Shown piece after piece: positions 37,401-47,300 of a stretch of DNA of 64,000 bases. The first letter of the stretch is position 1. Each line of letters starts with the position of its first letter. Below the pieces are notes generated by a model. It was not told the DNA's origin, searched no databases, and saw nothing but the letters and a program-made list of their open reading frames with translations. The stretch is from a virus (taxonomy: Duplodnaviria > Heunggongvirae > Uroviricota > Caudoviricetes), in IMG/VR virus record IMGVR_UViG_3300020582_000005; one strand, written 5' to 3'. The position numbers and the translations under genes are program-made.

Positions 37401-37575
37401 CCTCAGGTTTACCTGTCTGCTGAAGTACACTATCTAGAGTTCCAATATGTTCCGGATTCGTCAATGTTGTAGGTTGCAAAGCTGGAGCAGGCGCAGGGGA
37501 CGGAGTATCAGGCGAATCTGGAGAATCGGCTGGTTTACCCGTTGCTCTTAAAATGTCATCTAGATTTTGAGGCAT
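34438..37575 (-). CDS. large virion/ejection-type protein with zincin-like HExxH motif
   Basis: 1045 aa. It has a Pro/Ala-rich N-terminus, a Gly/Ala-rich middle and HELAHAVLAYMAGFEV in the C-terminal half. It is the last gene of the structural operon. Confidence 0.55.
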   Translation of the reverse strand: MPQNLDDILRATGKPADSPDSPDTPSPAPAPALQPTTLTNPEHIGTLDSVLQQTGKPEAVPEDVQKQQGMIEQLKQEVAGPGTVLGEAPAAGEGIRRMLQGDIVGGAKQAAQGYKKMATASLTKGSEQIDGQKHPILKAGLEFAEGMTSPINLGLIAASGGLGMIDSAAKIYAVHQLANLGLTSQQIVDMYNRFPEVKKAWDKGDSSKVLYEGTHLLLSGALTVAGMYDMAGKPLEVASPTDRAVAGKVAEVAGKTATAVKEAPGKVAAAVKDKISVPRVEVKSNPIKDIADAFPPSKTNPYDVEKAPQVAYNALAAEHKLNTIHDPAEAAEALQSQITKAEDKVMQGAIKQVPDEPILKNNKPVNVWDEVKSELDSRKYAEAGFVDKAMDELEKFGLTKGKSVTVSDADRIRRQLNDQTTAIEKKPDYQQVRIENVDPKYAALQVAKDVLRDGVYDTIDAHGLDKGVTARDFRRDIIGNLISFKNAVLDKVYGADQQVKGTAPEAPEEPLTRRVARGVAPVAGALVGSKSGALGAAAGAYLGREAGEKLLPPPEVPEDLTRSELLDRALNHPEADKFVTETPEEQQIRGRIQKPETPEAKGQEEIPYGPIPLFGRLQGKPTPLEMYPEDLNKISNYINSLREALENPTATSVEKDAAQHQLEQIFGGRIPEGFKRPKEQGAAEPAPKLVKAYGEFEAPSEIKSQTGLDTKAILNHELAHAVLAYMAGFEVHDIISGEHVAASPQTIAALRVSLPEDLVKRSDGTLEPKGLKERLPDVLSMYLAGAAANELYDGVKIEDNKALGADLREVKDALDLLGLSEEEKDKFIEWGITRAKATLSDPEVENLINEFSDTRERGLPESHHYSVIRLMEFKDRLDSLRGKNANNPEGTHGVGTEHNPAGESNRETSVASSDTGEAAGTAADEIRETDDDAFKRDLFESLRLPYKPPPTGTGPGGTLLKTENSLPPERTTGEYDAPIKEAGAIPGGIWKGDKELNIPDMALFHDPTSGSTLALPVDKVTKEAVTEQLEKSREQYRQAAQRKAS

Positions 37576-39617
37576 TACTGTGCTCCTTGCTGTTTCTCTA
37601 ACGCCATCTTAGCTTGCATGTATTTAGCAAGAGGGGCCACTTCTGTGAATGTGTACGGTCTACCTTGAGAGTCTTTGATTGTAACTTTACCGTCATCGGC
37701 AACCAATTGAAGTGAAGCATAAGCTTCTGGACTTAAATCAGAATATTTCGTTTCATAAGCTGGAGACGGAGCCGCCTGCTTATATCGAGTCTTATATTCA
37801 CTAATACCGTCTGCCATCAAACTAGCTACTTTTCTAAGATTTGCCTTAGCATTCCACGTCGCTGAAAACTCGCCGCCCAATGTTTTCTTAGCGTCTTCGA
37901 TTTCAGTTTTACCAGGAGAATTTGATTGAGCATTAAATGAAGCTAATTCTTGAGCTAATTGATTATAAATAGATTCTTTTTCATGTATAGGTTCAAATCC
38001 TGGCACTAAGGCACCTAATGTAGTACCTTGGTAAAGCTGCAACAAGTGCTTAGAAGCAATACCGGCTGATCGCAGCCGTATGTTATCCTTACCGGCAGTC
38101 ATGCTCTTAACCGCTTCCGCATATCCACCAACCTTTGAACTATCGAAGTTAGGATAGAAGAAATTAACAGCGTCAGCCAAGTTTGAATTTCGTGACAACA
38201 AATACGCAAGTCGACCTACGTCGCCTTTTCCTACGCCAATAGAATCTATTGTTGCCATTTCATTCGCAGGGAACGAAGCTCTGTAAGCTTGCTTTGCCAT
38301 AACTTTTTCGGCGGGATCGGCTGTAGTTTCATACTTTTCTAACAATTCCGGATTACCCTCGTACTTATTCTTGGTAGCATCTTTCAATTTATTATTAGCT
38401 TCAAGAATTCGTTCTGTTTCTGCATCATGAGTTTCTCGTTCCTCTTCTCGACGCTGATCTTCGGCGTCTTTCTGCTGCTTTTCTAATGCTGTTGTATAGC
38501 CACTCTGTCCTGTTGGGTCTTCTTTCGTAGCAAACATTCTGACAATATCTTGATGCAAATTAGGAAATTTCTGTTTCATATCGGGAGAACTTTTCCAATC
38601 AGCCAACATATGCTTTTCAGCTTGAGCGATATCGCCTTTTGCAGCGCCAAGATATTTAGTCCACTCGCCCGACGGAGCAAAAGTGTTATACTCATTTGTC
38701 AGTTGCAAATCAGAGGCAGCTTTTTTAGTAGCCGCAGTCTGAGCCTGAATAGTCTGAGACTGCTTAAACAAACTGTTGGCCACGTATCCAGGCATTCTAT
38801 CACTCTTATTTTCACTTCCATCGTATTTAATGTTATATTGATTACCACCAGGAATCTTATTGACAACATCAATCCAAGGCTGATCTTCCTTTGTCAACTG
38901 ATATTCCGCAGGAACCGACATAACAGTGTAAGTCAAAGCATACTGTGGTTTCCCTTGCTTATCTTCACCCACATATTTCTTTCCGGTAGGAAACGCTGTA
39001 TGTGTCGAGGCATAAGTTCCGGGTTTGTCATTTCTAGCAGCGTCTCTTGTCTTTATCAAATTCGTCAATTCAGACGCAGTAACATTCTCAGCGTCAACCT
39101 GAGACTGAGCCTTCGGTAATGATGACCACTGATCAGCCATTTGACTTCCGCTGGCAATAGACTTATCCATCTGTTCTTCGCCAAGCTGCCAAGTCAGAGC
39201 CTGCTCGTGACGCATCTGAGCATTAGCTGTCGCCACATTAGCCATAGCACGCCAATCTTCACGTGTATTCTCTCGGGCTTGCTGTTCCAACACTTCCTTA
39301 TGCTCTTGTTCTTGCTTCTGTCGTGCCTGTGCCGCTTGCATAGTCTTCTGAGCACCATACAAGGCTCCTGCACCTTCTGGTACTTGCCCTACAGCACCGG
39401 CGTCGCCCATAGCAGCTGTAAATCCCTTCAAAGCGTTAGCCAGTTTAGCACCGAAACTTCCTGGTTTTACTGCAGGTTCCTGTGGAATAGGAGTCGCTGG
39501 TGCAGGTTTGTAGGGTGGAATCTGTTCCGGCTGCGTAGCCTGCATATCCGGTTGATTAGCTAATGTATCCAATCCCGCTTGTTCGGGAGTAACTACGTTT
39601 CCATCTGCCATGTTCAT
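37575..39617 (-). CDS. large Q/A/E-rich coiled-coil structural protein (internal virion or tape-measure-like)
   Basis: 680 aa with strong coiled-coil and low-complexity composition. Confidence 0.5.
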   Translation of the reverse strand: MNMADGNVVTPEQAGLDTLANQPDMQATQPEQIPPYKPAPATPIPQEPAVKPGSFGAKLANALKGFTAAMGDAGAVGQVPEGAGALYGAQKTMQAAQARQKQEQEHKEVLEQQARENTREDWRAMANVATANAQMRHEQALTWQLGEEQMDKSIASGSQMADQWSSLPKAQSQVDAENVTASELTNLIKTRDAARNDKPGTYASTHTAFPTGKKYVGEDKQGKPQYALTYTVMSVPAEYQLTKEDQPWIDVVNKIPGGNQYNIKYDGSENKSDRMPGYVANSLFKQSQTIQAQTAATKKAASDLQLTNEYNTFAPSGEWTKYLGAAKGDIAQAEKHMLADWKSSPDMKQKFPNLHQDIVRMFATKEDPTGQSGYTTALEKQQKDAEDQRREEERETHDAETERILEANNKLKDATKNKYEGNPELLEKYETTADPAEKVMAKQAYRASFPANEMATIDSIGVGKGDVGRLAYLLSRNSNLADAVNFFYPNFDSSKVGGYAEAVKSMTAGKDNIRLRSAGIASKHLLQLYQGTTLGALVPGFEPIHEKESIYNQLAQELASFNAQSNSPGKTEIEDAKKTLGGEFSATWNAKANLRKVASLMADGISEYKTRYKQAAPSPAYETKYSDLSPEAYASLQLVADDGKVTIKDSQGRPYTFTEVAPLAKYMQAKMALEKQQGAQ

Positions 39618-39628
39618 TCCTCTTTAAG

Positions 39629-40393
39629 TTATTCTGACGCACCTGGAGCAGCGCCCATGTTTAACCAATCTGTACCAAATTGTCCTTCTAGCGGTCCGGT
39701 AGCTGACGGAGTAGTGCTAGAGAACACACCTGGATTGGCAAAAGAGCCTATACCGCCATCACTTGAGCCACCGCCACCTAACAAACCACCACCTAAAACA
39801 CCCAAACCAGCTTTAGCTAACCCTGTAACGGCACCAGTTATATCAGCCCATTTCTGATTCTTCTGCTGATTAATTGTCTTAGCTTGACCGAATGCCGCCT
39901 GATTAGCTTGAGATGCACCGCTAGCGAATGCTTCTGGGTTTTCTGCTCCAGCTAGTGTTTGTAAGCCACTTATTGATTGCAATAAATTCTGACGACCTAA
40001 ATCAAAACTATTAATATTCAACTGATTCAAAAGATCAGCTTGTTTAGTGGCTCCAGCTGCGGCGATCTCACCCTGAATTTCTTGTTGAGGACCGCTAACC
40101 AAAGCGCTACCTGCTCCACCACCTTCACCTGCAATAGCGTTCCCGGCAGCTTGTCGAGCCGATCTCGTAGCGCCAGCCACATTATTCAATACACTAGCTT
40201 GCAATTGAGACATAACGGCAGGAGAGTAACCAGGAGGAAAATTACCTGATTGCAACTGACCTAATGCACCTTGCACTTGGCTAAGTATATTAGTCTGTGT
40301 AGCGAATCTATCTTTATAGGCGTTGTCGAGCGCAGTTGATAAAGATGCTTCCTGATTGGCTAATTGTTCTTCTTGTCCGCTAGGGCCACACAT
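39629..40393 (-). CDS. low-complexity G/A/Q/S-rich structural protein
   Basis: 254 aa with GGGLLGGGGSSDGG runs. Confidence 0.45.
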   Translation of the reverse strand: MCGPSGQEEQLANQEASLSTALDNAYKDRFATQTNILSQVQGALGQLQSGNFPPGYSPAVMSQLQASVLNNVAGATRSARQAAGNAIAGEGGGAGSALVSGPQQEIQGEIAAAGATKQADLLNQLNINSFDLGRQNLLQSISGLQTLAGAENPEAFASGASQANQAAFGQAKTINQQKNQKWADITGAVTGLAKAGLGVLGGGLLGGGGSSDGGIGSFANPGVFSSTTPSATGPLEGQFGTDWLNMGAAPGASE

Positions 40394-40794
40394 AGTTTGT
40401 ACTCTCCAACAGATTCCTCTACAGGACGAAATCCTCTCGAAACCATAAATCTAATTAAACTCGAATTAGATGAATTAAAAATAATACTTTTTCCCTTACT
40501 CATTAAATGCATCAATAGGGGAGGTAAACCTTCGTTCATCGCTAATATGAGACGTAAACGACTAACTTCTTTTCTCGGACCGAATTGACAGTGAAGTCTA
40601 AACTGTTTTGTCTCTTCCTCAACTTTCAAATAAACAACCGGACCCATTTCGTCTTGCACACAGGCGCAAACATAAGCGTCGCTTCCCGTTAACCACCAAT
40701 CGGGTTGTTTCTGATTTTGATGCCAAGGATCGGCCTCTGTCCACTCTCGTATTTGATCTATGTCTTCTTTAACTGACGGAATAAATTTAATCAT
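40360..40794 (-). CDS. hypothetical structural-module protein
   Basis: 144 aa. Confidence 0.45.
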   Translation of the reverse strand: MIKFIPSVKEDIDQIREWTEADPWHQNQKQPDWWLTGSDAYVCACVQDEMGPVVYLKVEEETKQFRLHCQFGPRKEVSRLRLILAMNEGLPPLLMHLMSKGKSIIFNSSNSSLIRFMVSRGFRPVEESVGEYKLCVALADKKNN

Positions 40795-41528
40795 TAGATA
40801 ATCTTTTCAGCAGCAATGTAAAATGTGTACGCACGACCAGCCACAGACGATCCCCAAAATTTTCGTCGTCTTCTCTGGGAATTTGGTGGACCGTCTACAA
40901 CAACTGGATTTCCAGTCGCTGTTCCAAAATTCTGATTTTGTGACAAGTCTTGCAACGGTGTTTGTTCATTAAACTTATAATTAACAGCCAGAGCACCATT
41001 ATCTAAAGATATGGGAGTAATTTGCTGTGATGCCAATGACAAAATTTCACTCACCGATAAAGCCCGATTAAAAATAGCGAAATCGGACATGCGGCCAGCG
41101 CCCCAAAGTGTAGTGTTATTTCGACTCATAAGATTTAACGTAAAATTTCCGAAATTCCCCCCTGGCGATGCCCCTCCAGAAACTGTCTGTGACTTACCGT
41201 CTACCCAAACTTGAGCCTGAGCTGTCGTGCTAGCAATTATTCCATAATGATGCCACGTGGCGGCACTAGGACGAGGAAAATTACAAGAATTATAGTTGCT
41301 AGTGTGAACATTTACATCGAAGGCTGAACTAGTGGACGAATTGGGATCGATCAAGATTGCCCCATTATTACTATTATAGTTTGCGCTCGTTTCCAATGCC
41401 AACTCATCGTCATTAGCGAATGCGTTCCACCACAACCAAAACGATAAAGTAATTGTCGCTGTGTTAGACAAATTTACCGTAGATTGAGATTGAATTGCTT
41501 GACTAGTACCATTAAAAGATCGAGCCAT
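40794..41528 (-). CDS. tail-associated protein, possible lectin/LamG-like fold
   Basis: 244 aa, beta-rich, S/T/N composition, lying within the tail-fiber region. Fold not confirmed. Confidence 0.4.
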   Translation of the reverse strand: MARSFNGTSQAIQSQSTVNLSNTATITLSFWLWWNAFANDDELALETSANYNSNNGAILIDPNSSTSSAFDVNVHTSNYNSCNFPRPSAATWHHYGIIASTTAQAQVWVDGKSQTVSGGASPGGNFGNFTLNLMSRNNTTLWGAGRMSDFAIFNRALSVSEILSLASQQITPISLDNGALAVNYKFNEQTPLQDLSQNQNFGTATGNPVVVDGPPNSQRRRRKFWGSSVAGRAYTFYIAAEKII

Positions 41529-41992
41529 TAAGCCACCGTCTGTGTTAAGCCCATATACTGAGATGTACTTGCGGCTGCGCCTAGTGATCCACCGTTAGTA
41601 TTTTTAACTGCAAGACCCCAACGTTGGGGAACAGAGCCGCCAAAAGCCTGAGCCAATGAAAACATTCTAGACGTATACTGCGTCGTAGTTGACGGTGTTT
41701 GAATCGAACCTATAAAAACCAAATTTGGATTTGCAGTTGGGGTAAAAGCTGCATCTGAGCCTGATGCTCCATCAGAATACGAAGTTCCACCATCATTTGA
41801 TGCATACGCCCACAAATCGACCGTACCGGCTGCAGTCCCTCCAGTTGTGACGATAACCTGAATTAAAGCATCTAGAAATAAATTAGTGCTGTTATCCACA
41901 AACGCAGATTGTCTCCACGACCCTGATCCTAAACTCGCTAATGTGATAGTTATCGCCGTAGATGAGCCAAAATTTTCTTTAATTGTCGCCAT
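41528..41992 (-). CDS. hypothetical tail protein
   Basis: 154 aa, S/T/G-rich. Confidence 0.45.
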   Translation of the reverse strand: MATIKENFGSSTAITITLASLGSGSWRQSAFVDNSTNLFLDALIQVIVTTGGTAAGTVDLWAYASNDGGTSYSDGASGSDAAFTPTANPNLVFIGSIQTPSTTTQYTSRMFSLAQAFGGSVPQRWGLAVKNTNGGSLGAAASTSQYMGLTQTVA

Positions 41993-42004
41993 ATATTCTC
42001 CAAC

Positions 42005-44314
42005 TTATGATAAAGTAAAACTGTATGAAACATCGTGAATTCCATCTGATTCTATTACAGAATCAAATTGAATAATCGTCCCTATAGACGTTGTCGAAAT
42101 AGATGCCGGAGTAAACGATTGAGAAGCAACTCCGTCATTCCAAGAAATAGATGCGGTTAAATTTCCGGTACCACCGGTTGTAACAACCACATAAACAGAA
42201 ATTCTATACAATCCTGTAGGAAGAATAGCTCCACAAGCTCTCAAATTCCCTGTCACGGTTGTAGTATTTCCAAATTGTGTTACAGACGTAATCGAGAGAT
42301 TCAAAAGGTCTGACCCTTGAATCTGTCGAGCGGTTATCGGACCTGGACCGGCACAAGCTGTCGGACCGATAATAGCAAAACTAGGAGATACAGTGCCCGA
42401 TCCAATGGTAACTTTTCCTGATGCATCAGGACCTGTAGCCGTCAAAAACGACGGAACTGCTATACTATTTACACCGTGCCAAGTAAAATAATTTGTTCCG
42501 TCGGTGAAAATAAGGATGCCCTGATTTTGACCTAGAGTAAGACTACTTAACGAACCGTCAATCAATAATCCGTTCGGAGAAATAGTCAACGTCCCTGCAC
42601 CTATGTTCTGAACTAAAATCCACCAACCCGAATCTGACAATCCTATGATTTGGGGGTGAGCCGGAACGGGATTTGGAAGAGTTAACGTAGCAGCAGAAGC
42701 CGAGTTAAATGATAGAAGAGTGCCTTCATCGCCTCGAACTGCCAAATAACTTCCCATCTTAGCTTGAACAAAGCCAGTCGCAGGACCTATCAGCGCCCAA
42801 CTCGAAGGAGATGTAAAAGCATCACCAGTAGTTTCCGCTAAACAGACAAAAACTGAACCACGAAATTCAACCACATCGTAAGGAAGAAATTTTGAAGTAC
42901 TTTGAACTGATCCTGGTAATTCAAAACCTATAGCACCCGAGGAAAGTTGTAATCCGCTGCTAAGAGGAAGAATAGTCGGTGTACTCAAGGCTCCATTATT
43001 TTGCGCCGCAGCTAGACAGGCACCGTCATCAGTATTTGCTAATTTATACACATTGGAAGGAATGTTGTTATCTCCTACCGACGATACGGCTCCGCTAGGG
43101 CCGGTGTGACCCTCCCACAAGTCCGTATAGATAAACGTACTTCCCTTAGTAGTAGCCTGAGTAAACCCAACCGCATTCGGACCACCACCACCGGATACCA
43201 ATGCTGTTGCTTGCAACATGGTCAAAGATGCCGTACCGGTATCGGCTGTAGGACCATAATTAGGATTTCCGTAAACGCTGTTAATCGTAAACTGAGTTGG
43301 AGAAGCTGATGCCACGAATCCCGACTGACCATTCAAAAATGTAGCGTTAGCTAGATTGAAAAACGTTACATAATTTCCCGCCACAAGACTATTGTTAGCT
43401 GTAACCGTCAAAACAGTCGGCGAAGTTTGAATCTGCGTTATAGAAAACGGAGCAAACCCCCCGAAACCAAAAAATGCGATCAGAGCTTCCCAATCATCGC
43501 TAGAACTTAAGGTAGCCGTAAAAGTTACTGAAGAACCACCAGGAATAGCTTTCCAATACAAATGCGATCCACCCGAAATGTTGTATAATAAGTTCCAACC
43601 GGCAGGAGGAGTAAACGTGAATCCGGCATTATCGTTACTAACAAAAACAAGAGCTACTTCATTCGGAAAGGTACCGCTGGAAGTGGCCGTAACCGTAGGT
43701 GAGACTGTACTACCGGAAGCCCCTACAACTCCAGTCGCATCGATGGGACCGAATCCCCCTGCACTAAACTGAGCTGGATAAGTACCGTTAAATACAAGAT
43801 TTTCTGATACTAAAGTCCAAGCAGACGGGGTAAGAGGCTGGTTAGTAGACTCTCCGATTTCTCCTACGGCATTTAAATCTGGCTGCAAGCCTATGCTTGT
43901 CGAATTCGCAACATACGTCGATACATTAAAAATTACCACGTCACCAGGATTATAAGTTACGAATCCAAGCCAATACCCACGAAATCGCATTCCTGTACCG
44001 GACGTTATAACCGTTGTTGTCGACTTATTCTCAGTAATAACGCTTTGAATAGCAGCGTTATTTTGTGGATTAGCCGACGGTGCAGTAGGCATGATTGGAA
44101 TGCTTGTAACTCGTGGCGTACGATCTGTGCCGACAAGATAAGCGTCATGCTGCAAATTAGCTGGAATACTTCCCCGATAATACGGTGGAAGAACTATCGG
44201 AGTTGACGAAATCGGAGAAGGCACTTCACCCGGAACAATGGGCTTAGTTTCTACTTCTTGCCAATTTTCAGGAATGTCCGCTTCGTTTATAAAATTTGAT
44301 TTCTGTTCTGCCAT
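42005..44314 (-). CDS. tail fiber/spike-like protein
   Basis: 769 aa. The S/T/G/N-rich beta composition is typical of fibers. The gene overlaps its neighbours, which suggests translational coupling. Confidence 0.5.
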   Translation of the reverse strand: MAEQKSNFINEADIPENWQEVETKPIVPGEVPSPISSTPIVLPPYYRGSIPANLQHDAYLVGTDRTPRVTSIPIMPTAPSANPQNNAAIQSVITENKSTTTVITSGTGMRFRGYWLGFVTYNPGDVVIFNVSTYVANSTSIGLQPDLNAVGEIGESTNQPLTPSAWTLVSENLVFNGTYPAQFSAGGFGPIDATGVVGASGSTVSPTVTATSSGTFPNEVALVFVSNDNAGFTFTPPAGWNLLYNISGGSHLYWKAIPGGSSVTFTATLSSSDDWEALIAFFGFGGFAPFSITQIQTSPTVLTVTANNSLVAGNYVTFFNLANATFLNGQSGFVASASPTQFTINSVYGNPNYGPTADTGTASLTMLQATALVSGGGGPNAVGFTQATTKGSTFIYTDLWEGHTGPSGAVSSVGDNNIPSNVYKLANTDDGACLAAAQNNGALSTPTILPLSSGLQLSSGAIGFELPGSVQSTSKFLPYDVVEFRGSVFVCLAETTGDAFTSPSSWALIGPATGFVQAKMGSYLAVRGDEGTLLSFNSASAATLTLPNPVPAHPQIIGLSDSGWWILVQNIGAGTLTISPNGLLIDGSLSSLTLGQNQGILIFTDGTNYFTWHGVNSIAVPSFLTATGPDASGKVTIGSGTVSPSFAIIGPTACAGPGPITARQIQGSDLLNLSITSVTQFGNTTTVTGNLRACGAILPTGLYRISVYVVVTTGGTGNLTASISWNDGVASQSFTPASISTTSIGTIIQFDSVIESDGIHDVSYSFTLS

Positions 44315-47300
44315 TATAGTTCAACAATTAATTTTCCAAAAATAGTCAAATTATACAACTCGTCGCCATTTGAAGTTGTTCCTAGGTCTACCTTAATTTG
44401 CAAGTGACGACAAACAGCTAGCGACGGATTACTCGCAAAATAATATCGATTAGGACTATATGATGCCGGAGAAATGGTTGTTCCGTAAATTGAAGGCGGA
44501 TCGAACACCGGCTCTTGTGTAAACGGAGTAAACGTTCCGGATATTTCATTCAATAAATATGAAACCGTAGGAGTAAAATCCACTCCAGAAAAATCCACTT
44601 CTATGAACTTTAACAACGCTCGTTGACCAGGATGAGCCAACATAATTCCACCCATAGTGAAATTTGCATCGTATGGTGTTCCATTATCAGTAAAAACGGA
44701 CAAACTTCTCTTCAAAATATTGTGTCCACCAGTTGACGCACCTACCAGCAAAGCCTTAATACCCGGAGTATACTCAATACTCTGAACCATGTGGCATCCA
44801 CCAGTAATAGCGGCAAATGGACTCCAGATAGGTTCAGCGCCTTGCAAACCACCGGGAACTTGTCTAGGATTCAACCGATACCAACCTGTAGCACCGTCGC
44901 AAACAAAAATACAGTTATCTATTCCACTTTGGTGAACAGCCACATAACCAGTAGCGGCATTCCACGTCGTATCCGAAACACCAGAAGAAGGCAAATTGGC
45001 GAATTGATCGCCTAATGGGAAACCGAAATTCGCCAAATTCAAACTAGGACTCAATACCATGAATTCGTTATCAGCGCTAAAGAAGAATATTTCTCCCGCA
45101 TAAACATCCAAGAAATTGAAACTCAACAACCCCACGCCAGGACATAATGTAACTGAATAGAAAGTTGCTGTCGCAGGACCACCAGCTATTAATTCAATAG
45201 AATCCACCGTAAATGTTATTATCCCTTGCGGAGTTCTAACTAAACGGGTAACGGAAGCCAAGAAAGGCAATGAGTTAATAGCTGGAAATGCGAAATTGGC
45301 ATTCCCAGTTGGAGTATCAGGACCTCCGCTAGATAAAACATTTTGTCCTACAGTTCCCCAAATTCTTTGAAAATTAAATACCATCGGCAAGAAATTCGAT
45401 GGAGCAGGATTATTAATACCATTTATCGGAGCTATAATTTGAGGATTCAAACCCGGAAACTGGTTTGTCGCAACGCTAGGTAGAAAGTCTTGAAATACCC
45501 AATCATATTTTACTCCATTAACTGTATACTTACCAGAGCCAGCCTGAGACGGAATGTTAGGAATTTCTGTCAATTCAAACATCTGCGTAGGACCGCCGCC
45601 GTCAGCCGAACGCCATATCACAATTGTATCGAATTGAATATCAGGAGAATATTGACCGTAAACAGAGAACACGGCTCCCGCATTAGCTCCTGTCAAAGTT
45701 GTAGCAGGAGACGCAGTCGTAATAAAACCCGTCTCACTTCCAGTTGGAGCAGGTAAAGCACCATTAAATGGTGGACCCGGAGGAGGAATATTTTGTGGGG
45801 TGCTAGTTCCTGGTATTAATACTGAATAAAAATCTGTCAAAGTTCGTGCTTTATACGAGTACGCCCACGAAAGAGATGTAGAGAATGATAACGAATTCTG
45901 CTTAAACGGCCCATTATTATACCAAACTACACCACCTGCAGCCGCAGGAGACGGATCATACGTTTCATTTGAACCCGGTGCTGTTGAAGTATTCCATGTT
46001 GGAGTACTACTTCCTGAAACTCCTGTTTGAACTACGTACTCTATATTAGTTCCATCATTAACATTAGCACCACCCAATGGAACTGAAATAGGAGCAAAAA
46101 ATCCTGCGTTAGGCAAATAATACTTTTGACTTGCAATCCAAACAGCACTTCGTCCTACGTTTACCCATGTAAGACCATTAGTTCCATCCGGAACTGGTCC
46201 GAAACCATAAGCGGAACCCAAATTCTGCCATCGCAAAGTACCGTTATCAACAGTAGTGCCGCCTTGATTTCTATTCCAAACCGGAGCCGAACCTCCCGAT
46301 GTTCCTGAAGCTGTCACCTGTTGACGATTAGAATTCGAATCTATGATAATTGTTCCAACACCATAGACATGACCAGTTTGGTAATACAGCTGAGCACCAG
46401 AGTTACCGAACGGATCGGATGCGCCTGAAGTTCCTGAACTAGCCGCAACCCACAAACTTCCGTTATTGTCCTTAACAACTCCGAACGCTGAACCCGGAGA
46501 AGACCACCCAATGTATGGAGTTCCCGATTGCCACAGCCCAGTTCCGTTATTGGTTGCTGTTACGCATAGCCACTTTAGAGTACTTCCATCTGAACCTGCT
46601 GGCTCAGTAGTAGTTTGACCGGCTGCTGTTTGCCATGTTATAGAAGTATTACTTGCTGCTGTTGTACCGGAACCGGTGTTTTCCTGCAAATAAATAGTTC
46701 CCGCAGGAAGTGGATGACCCGGCTGCGGCAATGTAAACGGCTCCAGAATACGAACAGACGGTGGAGGAGTCGCTATCACTTGGGAAGGTCGCCATATGCC
46801 TTGACAGTATCCATTTGGAATATTATTTATATTTCCCAAACTCATCCAAGTTACTTGACGATCTGGAATAACAGTACCTGGAGGTGGAGGATTTGCAGTT
46901 CCGTAACCTGCAGCAGCGAATGGATTTGACAGACCCGTATTCGCCGTTGCTTGACTTGAAATATTTACAAAGAAACAACCGGTTGCTTGATCGTAACAAA
47001 TACATCGCAGAGCATTTGTACTAAAAGCCTGAGTTTCTGTTTCAAATGGGAAATTCGGCATCCACGGAATAACATCACTTAGATTTCTCCAAGTAACAGT
47101 ATTATCCGATGTAGTGTTACCTGGAGTTTGATTCCAAGTAGGACCGCCTGTACTAGACGTACCTAAAACAGCCACAGAACCTATCACTACTGACGGATTA
47201 TTAATAAAATTTAACTGTTGAATATTACCATTAGGATCGACAATCAATCCCATCGTCGAAAACCATGTACTCGCTTGCCAAGTTCCAGCCGCAGTACCAG

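Noticed and set aside
35030-39857. Plus-strand ORFs inside the large minus-strand structural genes (35030-35383, 36677-36934, 38550-39119, 39141-39563, 39579-39857)
   Set aside because: S/L/R-rich antisense translations of low-complexity genes, with no start context.
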